DNA of 64,000 nt from the NCBI GenBank assembly GCA_002633005.1, contig NMRA01000048.1:248001-312000 (forward strand), read 5' to 3'. Positions 1-13,712 of this stretch are shown one piece after another. The notes beneath the pieces were generated by a model. That model had not been told where the DNA came from. It saw nothing but the letters and a program-made list of their open reading frames with translations, and did not search any database. The DNA comes from Phoronis australis (Eukaryota > Animalia > Phoronida). Position 1 is the first letter of the stretch, and each line of letters starts with the position of its first letter. Both the position numbers and the translations under genes were made by a program.

Positions 1-257
1 ATGGTCTGTTACAGCAAAAAGGATTTATTAGTGGGTACAAACACCGCATAACCTTATGAGAAGTCACTTATTGCAGAATTATAAAAACCATATAGCTAAT
101 ATTTCATTCAGTCACCGAACCAGAAAATTACATTCTTTTCTTGAGACATAGTTGTTTTTGTTGAGTTAGTCACGAGGAGATGCATGATTAGAAGGCAGGC
201 AATGAAGATTTATTCAGGAAAAGAATTAACATGCAGTGACAAGTGTCATTAACGTAC

Positions 258-267
258 CACCAGCAGA
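258..267 (-). CDS. Candidate 10-nt exon (phase 2 to 0; SLLV)
   Basis: ctattaacagcttttttctttctag|TCTGCTGGTG|gtacgt. Strong polypyrimidine tract. Open in the phase left by the upstream exons. Confidence 0.5.
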
Positions 268-657
268 CTAGAAAGAAAAAAGCTGTTAATAGCGCACAAA
301 CGATTAAATCTCAGCCTGCATAGAACACAATATCTCGAATGTGTCATCACCAATTGCTATCAAAAGAAGTCTGAATAAGATTATTTCCAGTAAATTGGAG
401 AAATAAATGCAAATGACACTCTTAATTTACATCGTTACAATAGATTCATTAGCGACTAATTCACGAGTAAATCTCTCGGTCTACGACCAGGATTAATAAA
501 AAGGATAAAAATGAAGTGTGTAACAAAGCTTGCACAGCTGCCGCACAAAAACATCTTTCACTCAAACTAGTTTATTGGTTATCAGGTCAGCACAAACAGT
601 AAAAATGACAAACTATAATTGGAAGTTGACAAATGAATCCCTAAAAAAACACTGTAC

Positions 658-734
658 CTTGCACAATACACATTTCCGTTTGGACCGTGATAAAAGTCAG
701 CTGGAATGACCACACCCCTTCTGCACCGTTCCAT
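658..734 (-). CDS. Candidate alternative first coding exon (MERCRRGVVIPADFYHGPNGNVYCA, phase 2)
   Basis: GAG-ATG-G start context, 77 nt open, AAG|gtacag donor. Phase 2 matches the end of exon 7919-8123. Confidence 0.45.
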
Positions 735-1665
735 CTCGGAAGTCAGTGCCAAAATGTAACCAGATAAACCAAGTATAAAACGGGGTTAACACTCTATAAC
801 TGTGTTAAGATATTTGTCTGGATTAACGACCCAACAGCGAGAGAATGGGCAGATGGGATGGGTCTTTACTTTTTCTATTTCAGAGCAACGTTTGACGCAA
901 ACAAACGTACAACTGCTAAGAGATCAATGGCACAACGCTCGAGGACTTCGACATTGGCATGGATCATGATCAGGACAAAAAGGAAAATCAATGAGACGGA
1001 CTTAGCTCAAGATGGTGGCTAGAAATCGTAGATTAATAGACTGTGGATTATCTCCGCTTTAATAGAATATCGGAAACTAATAGAGAAATACTAACTTCTA
1101 TGATCTTTTTCATTATTGTCACAAAATTGTAGAGAAAACGATTCGGTGAAAAATCTAGAATAACCTTGTCATACTGAAATGGGATCAATATCCTTGGCTT
1201 ATTTACAGTACAAATGAAAATTGACATATAAAGGTTAGCAGGGAAACAACCAATTAGCAAATACAATGGAGAAAAGTTCCCTTGAGTACAAACAACACGA
1301 GATGAGATTCAAATTGACAATAACGGAATGTAGATTTCGCCTCAGCGATCTTTGCCTCTGAAAAGATTCATTACTTAATTGTAAACAAAACTCAACTTGC
1401 ATCTAGAATTCTGAAAAACTCTATACGATTCTACCTTTTGGGTTCCCTATAATCCTCACACTCAGTCAGTCTGGCCATGATCTGTATATCACTGCACACT
1501 GGCACAACTAAATCCCTAACCACCTAAACCAGAAAACCTATCCCATTGTTTATTTACATCTCACCTTTCATTCCAGCCAATTAGCCATAATGAGCAGACA
1601 CCAGTCCAGCATAACGTATTTCAACACAACTTAATGAAAAGCAGTCTCGAGACATAAACACCCAC

Positions 1666-1823
1666 TCAGGTGCATCATGGGTAGTCCTGGGTAAATATGT
1701 TGCTGCGAGACCACCTCCATGAAAAACTGAACCCATTGTTATTGGTGCAAAGCAATAAGTTGGGGGTATGCTATATCCAGTAAAAGATATGGAGGTCGGT
1801 GGTGGAGTTTGAAATGTAGCCAT
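1666..1823 (-). CDS. Candidate alternative first coding exon (MATFQTPPPTSISFTGYSIPP...THDAP, phase 2)
   Basis: GAC-ATG-G context and a protein-like GC-richer ORF. GA|gtgggt donor (same GTGGGT type as exon 7919) gives phase 2, but the donor is weak. Confidence 0.3.
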
Positions 1824-3681
1824 GTCTCCTGCTTTTGTTGACTAAATTCACTCCCTTCTTACCAAAAATTAAGGCAGAAATTTTTGCTGAAGTTTTCAAC
1901 TTGGCCATTACGTACTGGAGTGAAGGCTATTTAGCCACCAAAGGTCTGTGGTATAGTTGCTTTTACTCACAAAGTGACCCTGTTTATAACACTTTCTTAA
2001 CCCAGAAACTGAGGCAACCAGGTATTATCAAATATCAACAGTGAGGCAAAAATGTTGAACGACAGAGTTTAGTTTTTGTTACTCCAATATGAACAGTAGT
2101 TCTAAATTAGCGAACAGGCAAAATTTTTCCAACTTAGAGATCAGACTTTTTGAACTTAAACCCAGCTACGGCCCTGGGATGTCAATCAAAGGGGGCATTT
2201 AACACTTCAGGAGCAGGATACATAGCAAAACCACAGATTAGCTGAAAAATCTACACTCAATACGGTAATTTTTCACCTGTTTAACATACATTATGGAAGA
2301 CAAATGAAATTATGTCTTGCTAAGTGTATCCTTAACAACTACGATTAAGAAAATTTATTACACTACTTGCGTGGTTTATACTGTACAAATGACACGTAAC
2401 GATATTTAGGAAAATTTCCATTCATTTAAGCCAGGTGGTAATCGACCATTAAAAATGGACAAGTGACATTTTCGGCAATTTTTGTGCGAAATAAGAATTA
2501 TCGTATACAAAATGTATAATAAAAATACATCAGGTCGGAAGAAAAACATGCATTCGGCATCTCAGCAGAGTCCAACTGAGTTCGACATGATAGGGTACAA
2601 GGACATGTTGTAACAGCTGAGTGCTGGCATTTTGCAAAAACAAGCTGGAGGAGGCGACTCACTGAGAAAACAATGGGAGACAGGGCAAGAACTAGATTTC
2701 AGCAAAACCGCATCACAGTTGAGTCACATTTAACCATTCACCCGGGCATCAGAGATATTTGCGGAACTCGTACAAAGATATGTACTAGAAATGAAATGCA
2801 CTGTCTGGTTTGAATATTGTCAAACAAATCTTAAAGACATCAAAGGCAAATATGAACTACTGACCATTTTTGCAGACATTGGGTCACTAGAATTTAGAAT
2901 ATTTAAGCATTTTGAAATGCCAAAAATAACCTACACAACTGCCTAGCATCATAAAAACAAGACAAACAACACAATAGAGTTTAAATCTTTCCACTGCATT
3001 CATCTACACCTTGAGTGGTTCTTAATTAAAAGAAAGCTAGATTTTTATATCTGTACGACTAACAATGTTTTGCAACACTTTTGAAGATTGATGCACAAAT
3101 GAGCCTGTTATCAAGTAGTTTCGTCAAATTCGAACACAGCATGGCGAAACAGTAAAATTTTATTTGCTGTCATCAATAAAGACAAGATGAAATTTAACAT
3201 TTTTGCCAATACAGTGAGCGTTTGAAAAATGAAAAAAACAAGTTTTAGCCACTATTTTTGTTCAAATTAAAACAAACCACAGACAAAGAAATTTGAGAAA
3301 CAAAATAATATGGTTTCCTATTCTTAACAGATAGATAATTAGATTGTTTTTAAATATCTCCTTCATAGCCACTATATATCCTGACCTACATACAAGACAA
3401 TAACTACCAATGAAAGCAGAAATGGACAACAAGGAATTGAGGTGATCTTGCTTTTGCAGACTTAACTCAACGTGACATGTAATTAATTAACGACTCATTC
3501 TGAATGGAAAACAATGCATGAAAAGTAGCATTGATATTTTTACTCTAGTCCTAGCTTCACAAGCTGCGATGCAATTATTCAATACTAATCTAAAACCCGA
3601 TTTCTTTTTGACGACACACAGAAATAACCATCTTCAAATGATAAACATAGCAGAACAAAGTTACACGGGTTAAATATTTTT

Positions 3682-3785
3682 AATAGTCACTAACAGGGTC
3701 CCCGCGTTTTGAGAACCAGTTTGATGCCTGCCATTCAGTGGGGAAAACTGGTTCTCAAAATGTAGGACCCCTGTTAGTGACTATT
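3682..3785. mobile_element. Short hairpin MITE-like element (family A)
   Basis: Near-perfect inverted arms aatagtcactaacaggg...ttttgagaaccagttt / aaactggttctcaaaa...ccctgttagtgactatt. Confidence 0.75.
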
Positions 3786-4262
3786 TAGTTAATATGACTA
3801 ATGGTGAGCTAGAAAACATAGCGTTACAACAAATTAGTAAAACCTGTTAGTAAGGTTAGGACATCCGAAATACACGAAAATCTTCTTGCCTGATTTTATT
3901 AGCAAACACTTGTAGCATGCTTTCTACAGAAATGCATGCGTTACTGACTGCATGGCTTATTTTCACAAAATCACTACCGATGTAGAATTTTTCAATAAAG
4001 AAAAATGATTCATCTTGAAAGAAATGTTAAGATAATTTTTTGTTCAGAAATAAAAACTAAGGAAGGCAAATTTATTTACCAACATTTTTTACCAAATGAA
4101 ATGCCACTGGGAAACCTTTACATCCAATCAAAACAAATGATTGACACTGCTGTCAAAAATGATATGTTTGTCACATAACAAACAGCATGGGATCCAGAAA
4201 CCCCTGCCTAATAATTCACAACAGGCAACGGAAATTATCGCGTACGCAGACATACAACTCAC

Positions 4263-4286
4263 CTCTTTAAATCCTCGTACGAATGG
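4263..4286 (-). CDS. Candidate 24-nt microexon (phase 2-2; SHSYEDLK)
   Basis: ctttattggtttgcttcag|CCATTCGTACGAGGATTTAAAGAG|gtgagt. Consensus donor, frame-preserving, open in phase 2. Confidence 0.7.
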
Positions 4287-7200
4287 CTGAAGCAAACCAA
4301 TAAAGAAGCTGGGATTAACAAAAGGGGACACTACTCTCATAACAGGGGTGTGAGGGGCAGGTGTGGCATGGAATATTGTTGGGGTGCCTGGTCAAGTGAT
4401 TGGCTGTTAACTCACACTAGTAATGCCATTCCCCCCTAGCTGATTATCACAAGAGAATTAGAATGTCACTATGAATTTTTATCAAGCTGATGGAAAACAT
4501 ATTTTAATTAAGTAAACTAATTAAGGTATAATTAGGCCAAATTCGTATCATGCATTTTCCTAAAAGGAAAACCAGCGCAACTGAGTAAGAAAATCAATAT
4601 CAAAATGATGATGAAAATTACCCCACAGTCATTTCATCTGAATTTCAAGTTAATTTCACACTCGACAGTGACCTAATCACAACAGTGACCCCGAGATACT
4701 CACAAGCAAATGTCCGGTCGAATTTCGTCAGAAAATGGACTCTTAGTCATGACTTGTAAAAACCAGCACTAGAGCCCATCCACCCAAGACATGCTATGTG
4801 GAATGAATCAACTCCACGGTACCGCAGCTCCCCAACAGCTCAACAGATCCGATAGCTATCTAATATTGCTATAGTAACAATGGGAGGTGTGACTTAATTG
4901 TTCTACAGGAGAGGACTAATCATGACTACCTACTAAGTGTAGCTGGGGTAAGAATGTGCTAGTCAACTTAAGACTGGAAGTGCGTGCCGAGAAAGGAGAT
5001 TGACTTCCTCCCATTTGCAGTAATTTTCAAGAGATTTGTTTCCTACTAATACTTGAGTCATGCTGTTCAGAACTACGGCAAAATATAGGCATCTTAACTG
5101 GAGGCACTGTACCTGGAGCCATGAACAGGGAATGGTAATGGTATTGTTTTACCACATGAAGGATTGGAAGTATCGTACACTTATAAATAACCCAAATACC
5201 ATATCTGAACCTGCACACAATATAAATAAGCACATGAAGGAATAAGAAATGCCAGTATATTACTCCTAACAAAAGTTGTTAACACCTTGTCATTGTTTTG
5301 TGACGTCAAACATCTTCCACAGTTACTGACTACTTTCAGGAAGGGCTGTTCATATACAGCCATCTATCTCCATTTCCTAAAAACCGGATATATGAGTACC
5401 CTGGACATGGATCGCAATGTAAATCCAAAACGAAAACAGGAACACAAAAACATCGCCAGACAAAGCTATATATATACCGGCGCAAAAATCCTAAATGTAA
5501 ATACACTCAGAAATGATCTGGCGCTCTGCTTTCCACCTGGGACATAGAACTAACTGATGAATAAAATGACCACACATTGAGTATATCCTGATCCTAACTA
5601 TTACAAGTTTCTTAAAATAGGAACACAAGTAATTGCCAAAATTGTTATTTACCCGTTTTTCAAAAGCTCCCTCTACTGGTAAAAGGATCAAAAATTCATC
5701 ATTTGTTTGTTGATGATAATGTGAACTGTGAAGCTAATCAAGTAAAATTTTCCTACTGCTCTCTCTTTAATAAAATAAAATTTCACTGTTCAGCCATATT
5801 TCATTCTAAATTGATATGAACTCTACCGCACAACATTACAAGGACTGCCGAAAACAAAATTAGAAAAAAAGTGTTAGCATAACTAATATGTCAATAGAAA
5901 TGACACGACACTCACACATAACTGTTGCTATTCCGGAGAAAACGCTAAGTTCTCGCAACGGTATATCTGTTCAAGTCCACAAGAGCTCTCACACTAATGA
6001 ATAGTGGACCAGGTTTATTGAACACCTGCAAAACCATCTTTCCACCCCATTAGTCTACACACTTGTACCAGTGCCCAACTAAAGAGGTGACAGGATTAGA
6101 CCAAGGTGCTAAGACGCAGTGTCTACACACAAGGGAGATTTGAGTGACCTCACAATAGGATTCCCCTAAACATGCTGACTAAGCCACGTTTTTGACTGGC
6201 TACAATTCAACATTATAACACAAAGGTTTCAGTAGCGTACTTGCTACTGACATAATAGAGATGTTTTAATAAAAAGTTTAAACTTTGATGTCCCGCCAAA
6301 ATACAAATCCACTCTCAAATGAGGACCTCACTAAATCACGTTTTGTGATTTTTACTCAAGATCAAACAGCTGAAGTTAACAATAGTTTGGGGCACAATAT
6401 GGTGAACAAATGGAATTCAACTTTGTCAAAGATCTCAACAAAAAAAATTCACAGTTTGTATGAATTAGCTGCCACCAAACATCAAGAATCATACAAATAA
6501 CAAATTTTGTGTTGGCTGCTATTTTCAATGATTTTACCTCAAACTTTGTCGATACAATGCCAAACATATCCAAGCCCTTATCTTCAGAATCAAGAAAATT
6601 CAATTTTGCCTTTAACTTCAGAGTCACAACTTTTACAGGCTGTCCCAAACTGGAGAATTTTTACCATACATAACTAAAACCCGATCTTTTCGCACTAAGC
6701 ATCAAACATTTTTGAGTCATGTCTCTACACTTGTTTAATATTTACATATTGATCTCAACTATGATGTATTTGCCTCAAACAGTAAATGCACAAACACTCC
6801 CAGTCTACTCTAGCCATCACAACCAACAACCACAAAAGTCAAAACTAACCCCTAATCTTCACTTACTAATCGCCTCACTCCAAACCCACTGGCAGCAAAC
6901 CGTCCAAATGTCGTCCCGCAACATTAAAATAAAACCCGTTATTAAAGCTGTTGCGGCCAAGTGCCAAACACAACTCCTGTCAGCTGAAGAGTCCGCTCTA
7001 ATCCAGTGGCTAATAAAGTCTACAAGCCCCAGCCACAGTCTATTGTTCTGCACCTTCTAAGATATCATCTCCACACACCCCACTGGAATGACAGCTTTGA
7101 CACCATTGTTAAGATGATGTCATGTCACCTTTTAATTAGCCCTATGCCTGGAGTAGAGAGCAGGATCGCCCAGGGAAGCCAGGGGGCGCCCCTACACAAA

Positions 7201-7918
7201 GGTGGGCGTTGGGTAATGTTGAGTGGATTGTTCTAATTATTGACTAGTCATTGGAAAACGGTCATTGGATTCACGACATTGGTGATAATGAACTTTGTGG
7301 TGTTTGTAACTTCAAACGGGGGGGGGGGGGGGGGGGGGGTTAACNGACATGGTTATTGTGGACATGCAACGAGTGGCTGTGGGATAAAGCTGCAGAAATC
7401 AATGCTTTAGAGCAACACTTCAAAACTATAGTCACCAATAATAAACAAACTGTTTGATCTATAGACAAAATGGTCACAATACTTTACTCAAGTTTTCTTA
7501 ACATTTGCTAAATAAAAGTGAAGATTCTTCAACTTACAGCGTAAGAAAAGGGAAAAGTTCAATTTTATTTTCTCAACGAAAGTGAATCATTTGTGAATAC
7601 GAAGGTTTGCAATATAAAGCTATTTTAAAATCCACGGTAACATTTTGATCTGTAAAGTGGCATGATAAAAAGTTGAAAAACCGAAGAAAAGCAATAATGA
7701 CAATGAATCAATCCTTTTAGTGTGAAATTGAAGAAACTTCACAATTCAAAGCACAAGAAAAGCTTCAAAAGCTACAAAAACATCACACAGCTATGCTCAA
7801 CATCAACACAATCTACACGCCAGTGCTTACTGACATCAAACAGCTAACTACGTGCCAATGGTGATTACACGTTGTATTTCACAACGATAACGTGAAACGA
7901 GCAAACAAATGCACCCAC

Positions 7919-8123
7919 CTGTCATTTGTCTGTTGCGTAGGGGTGTCACCCATGGACTGTCTGTACTGGAACCTGGCCGGTAGTGTCTCCGTTCCGCTCA
8001 TGTCGTCTTGAGGTCCGTATGCATTTTGTCCATTAAGCTGTGCGTTCCTCATGTTAGGAGGGGGCAGCGTGGGTATCTTTGGGGGGACTGTACGTGGGAA
8101 CCCACTGTGATAAGGTGCACAGG
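7919..8123 (-). CDS. Internal coding exon (205 nt, phase 1-2)
   Basis: tatgtctttcag| acceptor and CAG|gtgggt donor. Only the phase-1 frame is open: ACAPYHSGFPRTVPPKIPTLPPPNMRNAQLNGQNAYGPQDDMSGTETLPARFQYRQSMGDTPTQQTND. Confidence 0.9.
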
Positions 8124-11100
8124 CTGAAAGACATAAACAAGATGAATGTTTGTCGATTTAACAATGTCAGTGCCCAGAAATTTCATGGAAATCTTTTCGT
8201 GAGGATATTTCCATTTTTCTGTGCAAGGGAGAATCCCAGCAAGATCTGAAGGCATCCCTGATTTAATTAACAAAGGTCACCTCGTGAATACATTTTCCAG
8301 AGATAAATCCTCCAAAATTTTATGGAATTGATTTGGGACCCCATGAAAAACATGTTTCCTATGGTAATTTTGCCTGAAAAATTCTGGGATTATATTTCAC
8401 ATGAGAACTAGCCAATACCTTACTATGTAAGCAGACCATGGATTCCCAACTACAGGACACATGCCCACAATTTGCTAGTGAGAACCTGTTTCGTGCCCGT
8501 GCAGGCAAATTCTATCCGACTACCATATTATCAATATAACTACTACCAAGCAGTCATAAGCCATACTCTAGGTAATTCACAAACCTGGCTACTTTTAATC
8601 ACCATTGCCAGAAAACAATGTCCTTAAACACTTCATCACCAGTCACATGCTACATTACTAAGTAAAACCATTTCCAAATAATGTCATTTCATAAAACAGG
8701 GCAGTTTACTAAAATCCCTTGAACATACCTCAACACTAAATTAGGGCACACATGATGACGAATATTCATTAGCAAACTAACCTAGCCAAAATCTCTAAGC
8801 CACACATATCCAATATTCATGGGTAAACAATCTGGAGTGTTTTCAAACTAACCGGAGATGCCCAGTAAAGCAAAAACAAACAAGTCTTTTTCTACCGAGG
8901 GAAACATGAGAATGGAAAAAGAAAAGAGCCCCCAAGCAGTGCCAATAACGTTATGCTGGCATTAGACAAAGTAAACAGCAAACATGACTTCTTACTCAAT
9001 GCTCAAAGCCATAGTAAATGCTACAGTACATTCCTAAAACTTAAGAGATGTTAAGGTTATGTAAGATCCTAGAAAAATGTCTGAATCTGGACTAATTTCG
9101 GAACATCATATCTCAGACATGGCTGATCGGATTGATGTAAAATTTTTGGATACTATGGATGATGCGCTGTTCACCAAAACGTTGTTAGGAATCGTGTTTA
9201 AAATGTTCCACTTGTACACGAGGGGCTTTCAAAAATCAGACTTTAATGATTTAATGAAAAAGGCAAAGATTACAAAAATCGAAAAAGAAACGATAAATTA
9301 GACAACTGTAATATTGCTCATAGGATTGCACCTTGAAAATTTAAATTAAGCAAAATTAGGTTGTGATATTGATACCGTTGTTTTGCTATCAATGACCTTT
9401 CTTCCTTTACTATTTATCTCACTAAAAAGACATGGTCACAATAATGGCAAACTGGTAAAAATTAATCTATTCAAATTCTACAAACTTTCTACTATTTCGG
9501 AAAACATAAAGTTAAATTGTTAAGTTATGTAGATATTTGACTGAACCACAGACTTTTGATAAGGTCCTTACATAACATTGGAATTGAAGGCTGTTGTCCA
9601 CTGTTTGACGCAAAATGAATTGCCCAGTAAGACTTTCATACTAACGTAAATCTAAATCATGTCACCTTACCATATCAGGAAAGATCCAAAACCTTAACCA
9701 AAACCAATGCATAGCACCTATAAACCCAATGCACTCACTACACTCAACAAAAACATCAGAGTTAAGCCTATATTAAAACCACCAGGACTGTCATAACAAC
9801 AGGCAAGATTAACCCTAACAACATCAATCTTCTACACAAATTGCTCAACACAATACCAACCAGCAAGGTGCAAACATTGCGATTGTACACCCAAAACACA
9901 CTGTCTCCACCAACTCAACATCACCTCAGGATATTTGTAAGCACCATTGTTGCTAGTATTCAGAGGCAGAAAAATGCTTATTTTGCCTCCAATGAACAAT
10001 ACACTTTTTTGGGCCTGTTATTCATTGTATACTAATTGCTCTGTCTTGTATTACTAGTGAGAGGATCAATGGTAAGATGATGCCAGTTGTATTCAATATA
10101 TCACACTGGCTGTAGCTGCAGAGATGAGCTGCTAATCTGACGTTACTGATATGAAGATTACAACCTGTGCTTTCTTTACTGTAAGAAAGTTCTAAACATT
10201 ACTAGACAAGTGACTACTGCCCAAACCTCGAGCTAAACCTCCAGCGTAATAGTTGTACTAACTACATGCTTTCAATATTTTAACAACTAAAACTCAAGCA
10301 TAAGAACATGACAGACAACAAGGTAACACAAAATGACATGAACTATTTTGGAATTGCATGACGTAACTGGTGACCAAAGACAAGGGAAAACGCACCCAAG
10401 AATTACTTGACCAGGTACTTATCTCCCTCCTCCCCTCCCACGCCTATCACTTTGCAGATAAGGAGCATCAAGACGCATTGTGTTGAAACAATAGACATAA
10501 TGACCATTCAAGACCAAAGAAATCTGATTCATTCTAGAGATGTCTGATCAATCAAGCAGTGAAGTTAATTAACACCTGCCATATGACAGAGAAGTATTAC
10601 GTCATCTATCAATTAATTAATGAAGTGAACAGTTTGACATGCAACCAAAGTGTTGCACAACAAGTCATTGTCCAAATACAAAAACTCGTTAGCTTGCATT
10701 GATAGCTTCGAATTACGACCCAGGCTGATGAAGCAAATACAATATGAAGTCTTAACAAAACTGTGACAAACACAAAACCATCCATCCCTTGTCAACAGCA
10801 AAATGTTTCACTGCAATTCATGGGACAAGCGAAATGCAACGAAAATAACTGATAATCTCTCTTCAACTTCGCACAAAATTAACAGCCAAAAGTGCAATTT
10901 TCCACTTTTTAAAAACGGATTGCATTGCTAAAATAAACAAAATCTTTAAGTTTAGTTTTTGAAAGCAAAAAAGTACAATCGGTGCTAATGTTTAAACTTA
11001 AGTTTCGAAAAATTCTGATACACACACACATCACCATCAGGAAAATATTGGCCATTAAGTGAACAAGGCCCAAACTGTTCGTACCTATGAACATGAGTGA

Positions 11101-12149
11101 GCTGGATACACAACTCCATAGCTCACTGTATGGGACTTGTTCATTAACTGGGCAATGTATTCCCGACGATGCGCGTGAGTATACCGAAATATGTTGAAAC
11201 TGAAATATCTTCTTTTACTTATAAACAATACCAATGACAAGATCAAGTATGAAGTCAAGTTTTTCTGCAGAGAAAATTTAAACAACAAAATTCTACATAT
11301 CTGCCATATTGTGTGTACCATACCTTAACTGAATGACAACAGCCATATTTAAGTTTAATTATTTTTTATATTCTAGTAACCTTACATGGTCATTTCAGAA
11401 CCCTAACTTGTTCTTAAACCTTTTCACGTACTGCCTACAATATCTGTAAAAAAGAATACCTGCGCTTGCATCAACATTGCTTCCCAGTTCTTTGACATCA
11501 ACTCTAACCTGTAGCTACCTTGGTATCAATGCATTTTCTCACTGCAGGTACTAAGATATATGTATTCACAGGTGTAACTGTTACAGACAGATGGTGACCC
11601 TCCTCATGCCCCATAGGACCAGCTCACCCTACCAATGTCTCCACTACAAATGGTCTGGAGACAGTTACCCTTCTTTTGTGTACCTAATCATCACAAATTG
11701 CTATTATAGGGAACACAAACACAGACCAGTCCTGACAGAAGCAGTCTGGCTTGCAAGACTTAATCAATCACTGTGAACCACAGGCCAGGTAATTAGGCAA
11801 ACAATGGCGCACAATGGCACCCTGGTGGAGTTATGCAAACTCAGTTAATGGATCTGTATACAGGAGACTTCTGAGTGAAACAGTGGACCAGACTAGGACA
11901 GACATGGCACTAAAAAGACATTTGTTATAACAGACATCATGACTAGGGTATGAGCACATTTTGGGAGACGCTGACAAATCTAACTTCAATGCACTAAACA
12001 TGCCAGTTATTAAAAATAGGTACTCTCAATGCTAATCTGGCTTAGCTATATAATTTTGAATGTAAGCATCAAACATTGCAATCACTAATACATCTTGAAC
12101 ACATGTACATCACCAGCTGATTACGTTGTATGATTGAAGTGCATTAATC

Positions 12150-12247
12150 ACTTACAGGGGTCTCTATATTTTGAGATCTCTTTATTTTGAGAACCAGTTT
12201 GATGTCTATTATTTAGTGGACAAAACTGGTTATCAAAATGCAAGACC
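12150..12247. repeat. Diverged family A copy
   Basis: ttttgagaaccagtttgatg...gtggacaaaactggttatcaaaa core. Confidence 0.65.
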
Positions 12248-13691
12248 ATTACTATATGAAATGTGCTGCAAGAAGATATGAACCATGGTGAGAACAAGTA
12301 ATGACATCCATGCCGACATCTATCAACTTAAATTCAACATAAAAGTCATCATTCCAACTATAACTGCGATACACACCTACCGCACTCAGTCAAAACAACA
12401 CCAACGATTGCTACCACTTCTCCGAAAACCGCAAAAAATACTTTCCACCCTGATTACACTCGTTGACATGTCCTACAAAATCATCCAGTTAGTAATCCCT
12501 ATATACAACTGACTACAGGTGTGTGACCCCCGAATACTCCCTTTTACAACCAATAACACTTAACTGTGTACAGAATAAACCGTAACAAAACGCTGGATGA
12601 GGGTTTTTTAAGCTCTGAGAAACGGTCCTTTCTGACTCAATGGCCCGTGTCATTAACATAAACAGGCAATTATTTTCCTTTAGGATCTTCGAGGAGAAGC
12701 ACCGTGAAGCCGATTGTGTTGCTGCCCAGATGATACAAAGATGTTTGTTGCTTTAAAAACAGGTGAGGTTTACATAAACCGAGGACAGACAATGGCTTCT
12801 TGACAGCAGACTTGGAAGTAATGGCAACTTTTTGCACTGTGTTACCAGTAATGTAATGTATAGAGTCTCTCCTGCAAGGCACAGTGAGTGTAAAAAGCAA
12901 AAGCATTCGGTGAGTGTTGCACATTGAAACATATCCAAAGCAAATAGACTTATTTTCACTCGGGCAAATCATTTATTGAAAATATACTATCTATTTTTGA
13001 TTTTAGGAACTGCAGTAAGTTTCTCATGCCAAGCTAATTTTGACAATGTTCTTGTTCAATCATATTAAAACCACAAAGCCACATCCAAATTATAACAGCC
13101 GACATAGAACTTAACTTAATTATCAGGAGGTGAAAGAAAAAAAGATTGCAACATTGCCTGTAGATCAGCAACTACCGTACTCGTACGGGTTACCACCCAT
13201 GCTCAGCTCTCTGCCCACCCCTTCTTTTAGATTCCCAATTTAAGCTCCTAGGCAATAACCCAGACTAGTACTGTATCTGAATGTTATGGGAGTCTTGGGG
13301 AAATTAATAAACTCTTCAACTCCATGTATACTATGTAATCAAACTAGTTATGAGACCATTCATAGCCACTAAACAAAATCCAAGGACGCGGGTAATAAAT
13401 TAAACAAAATGAAATCAGAAGAACCTGTCTTATTCTCACATTAAATTAACACAGGTGAATCGCAACCATTCTGAACAGGTATATGCAAACAAACGTAAAC
13501 AACATATAATTTTACCAAAGGATGCTGAAAACAATAGACAATAAAGCAACTGTTCAGTGACAATGGTCTAAACTGAGGCAAAAATCAACATAACAGCCAA
13601 AGAGTAAACATAATTAAACCAAAATCAACAAGTGTTTCATTAACACTGAATGCAAGCATCATGCAGGATGACAACATCAAAGAAGACTTAC

Positions 13692-13712
13692 ACATGGTGT
13701 TGCTGTGTCGAG
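13692..13712 (-). CDS. Candidate 21-nt microexon (phase 1-1; ARHSNTMS)
   Basis: cactcactttccttacag|CTCGACACAGCAACACCATGT|gtaagt. Branch-like ctaat upstream. Frame-preserving and stop-free in the required phase. Confidence 0.7.

Noticed and set aside
2530-2662. Strong minus-strand acceptor near 2662 (SESPPPACFCKM...)
   Set aside because: The frame closes after about 33 codons and no convincing donor follows.
4128-4340. ORF MRVVSPFVNPSFF... as a first exon using the 4262 donor
   Set aside because: It ends in phase 0 and its F/L-rich sequence is simply the polypyrimidine tract. The 24-nt microexon explains the site better.
7318-7345. Poly-G tract as a functional G-quadruplex
   Set aside because: It is adjacent to an N join, so its length and context are unreliable.
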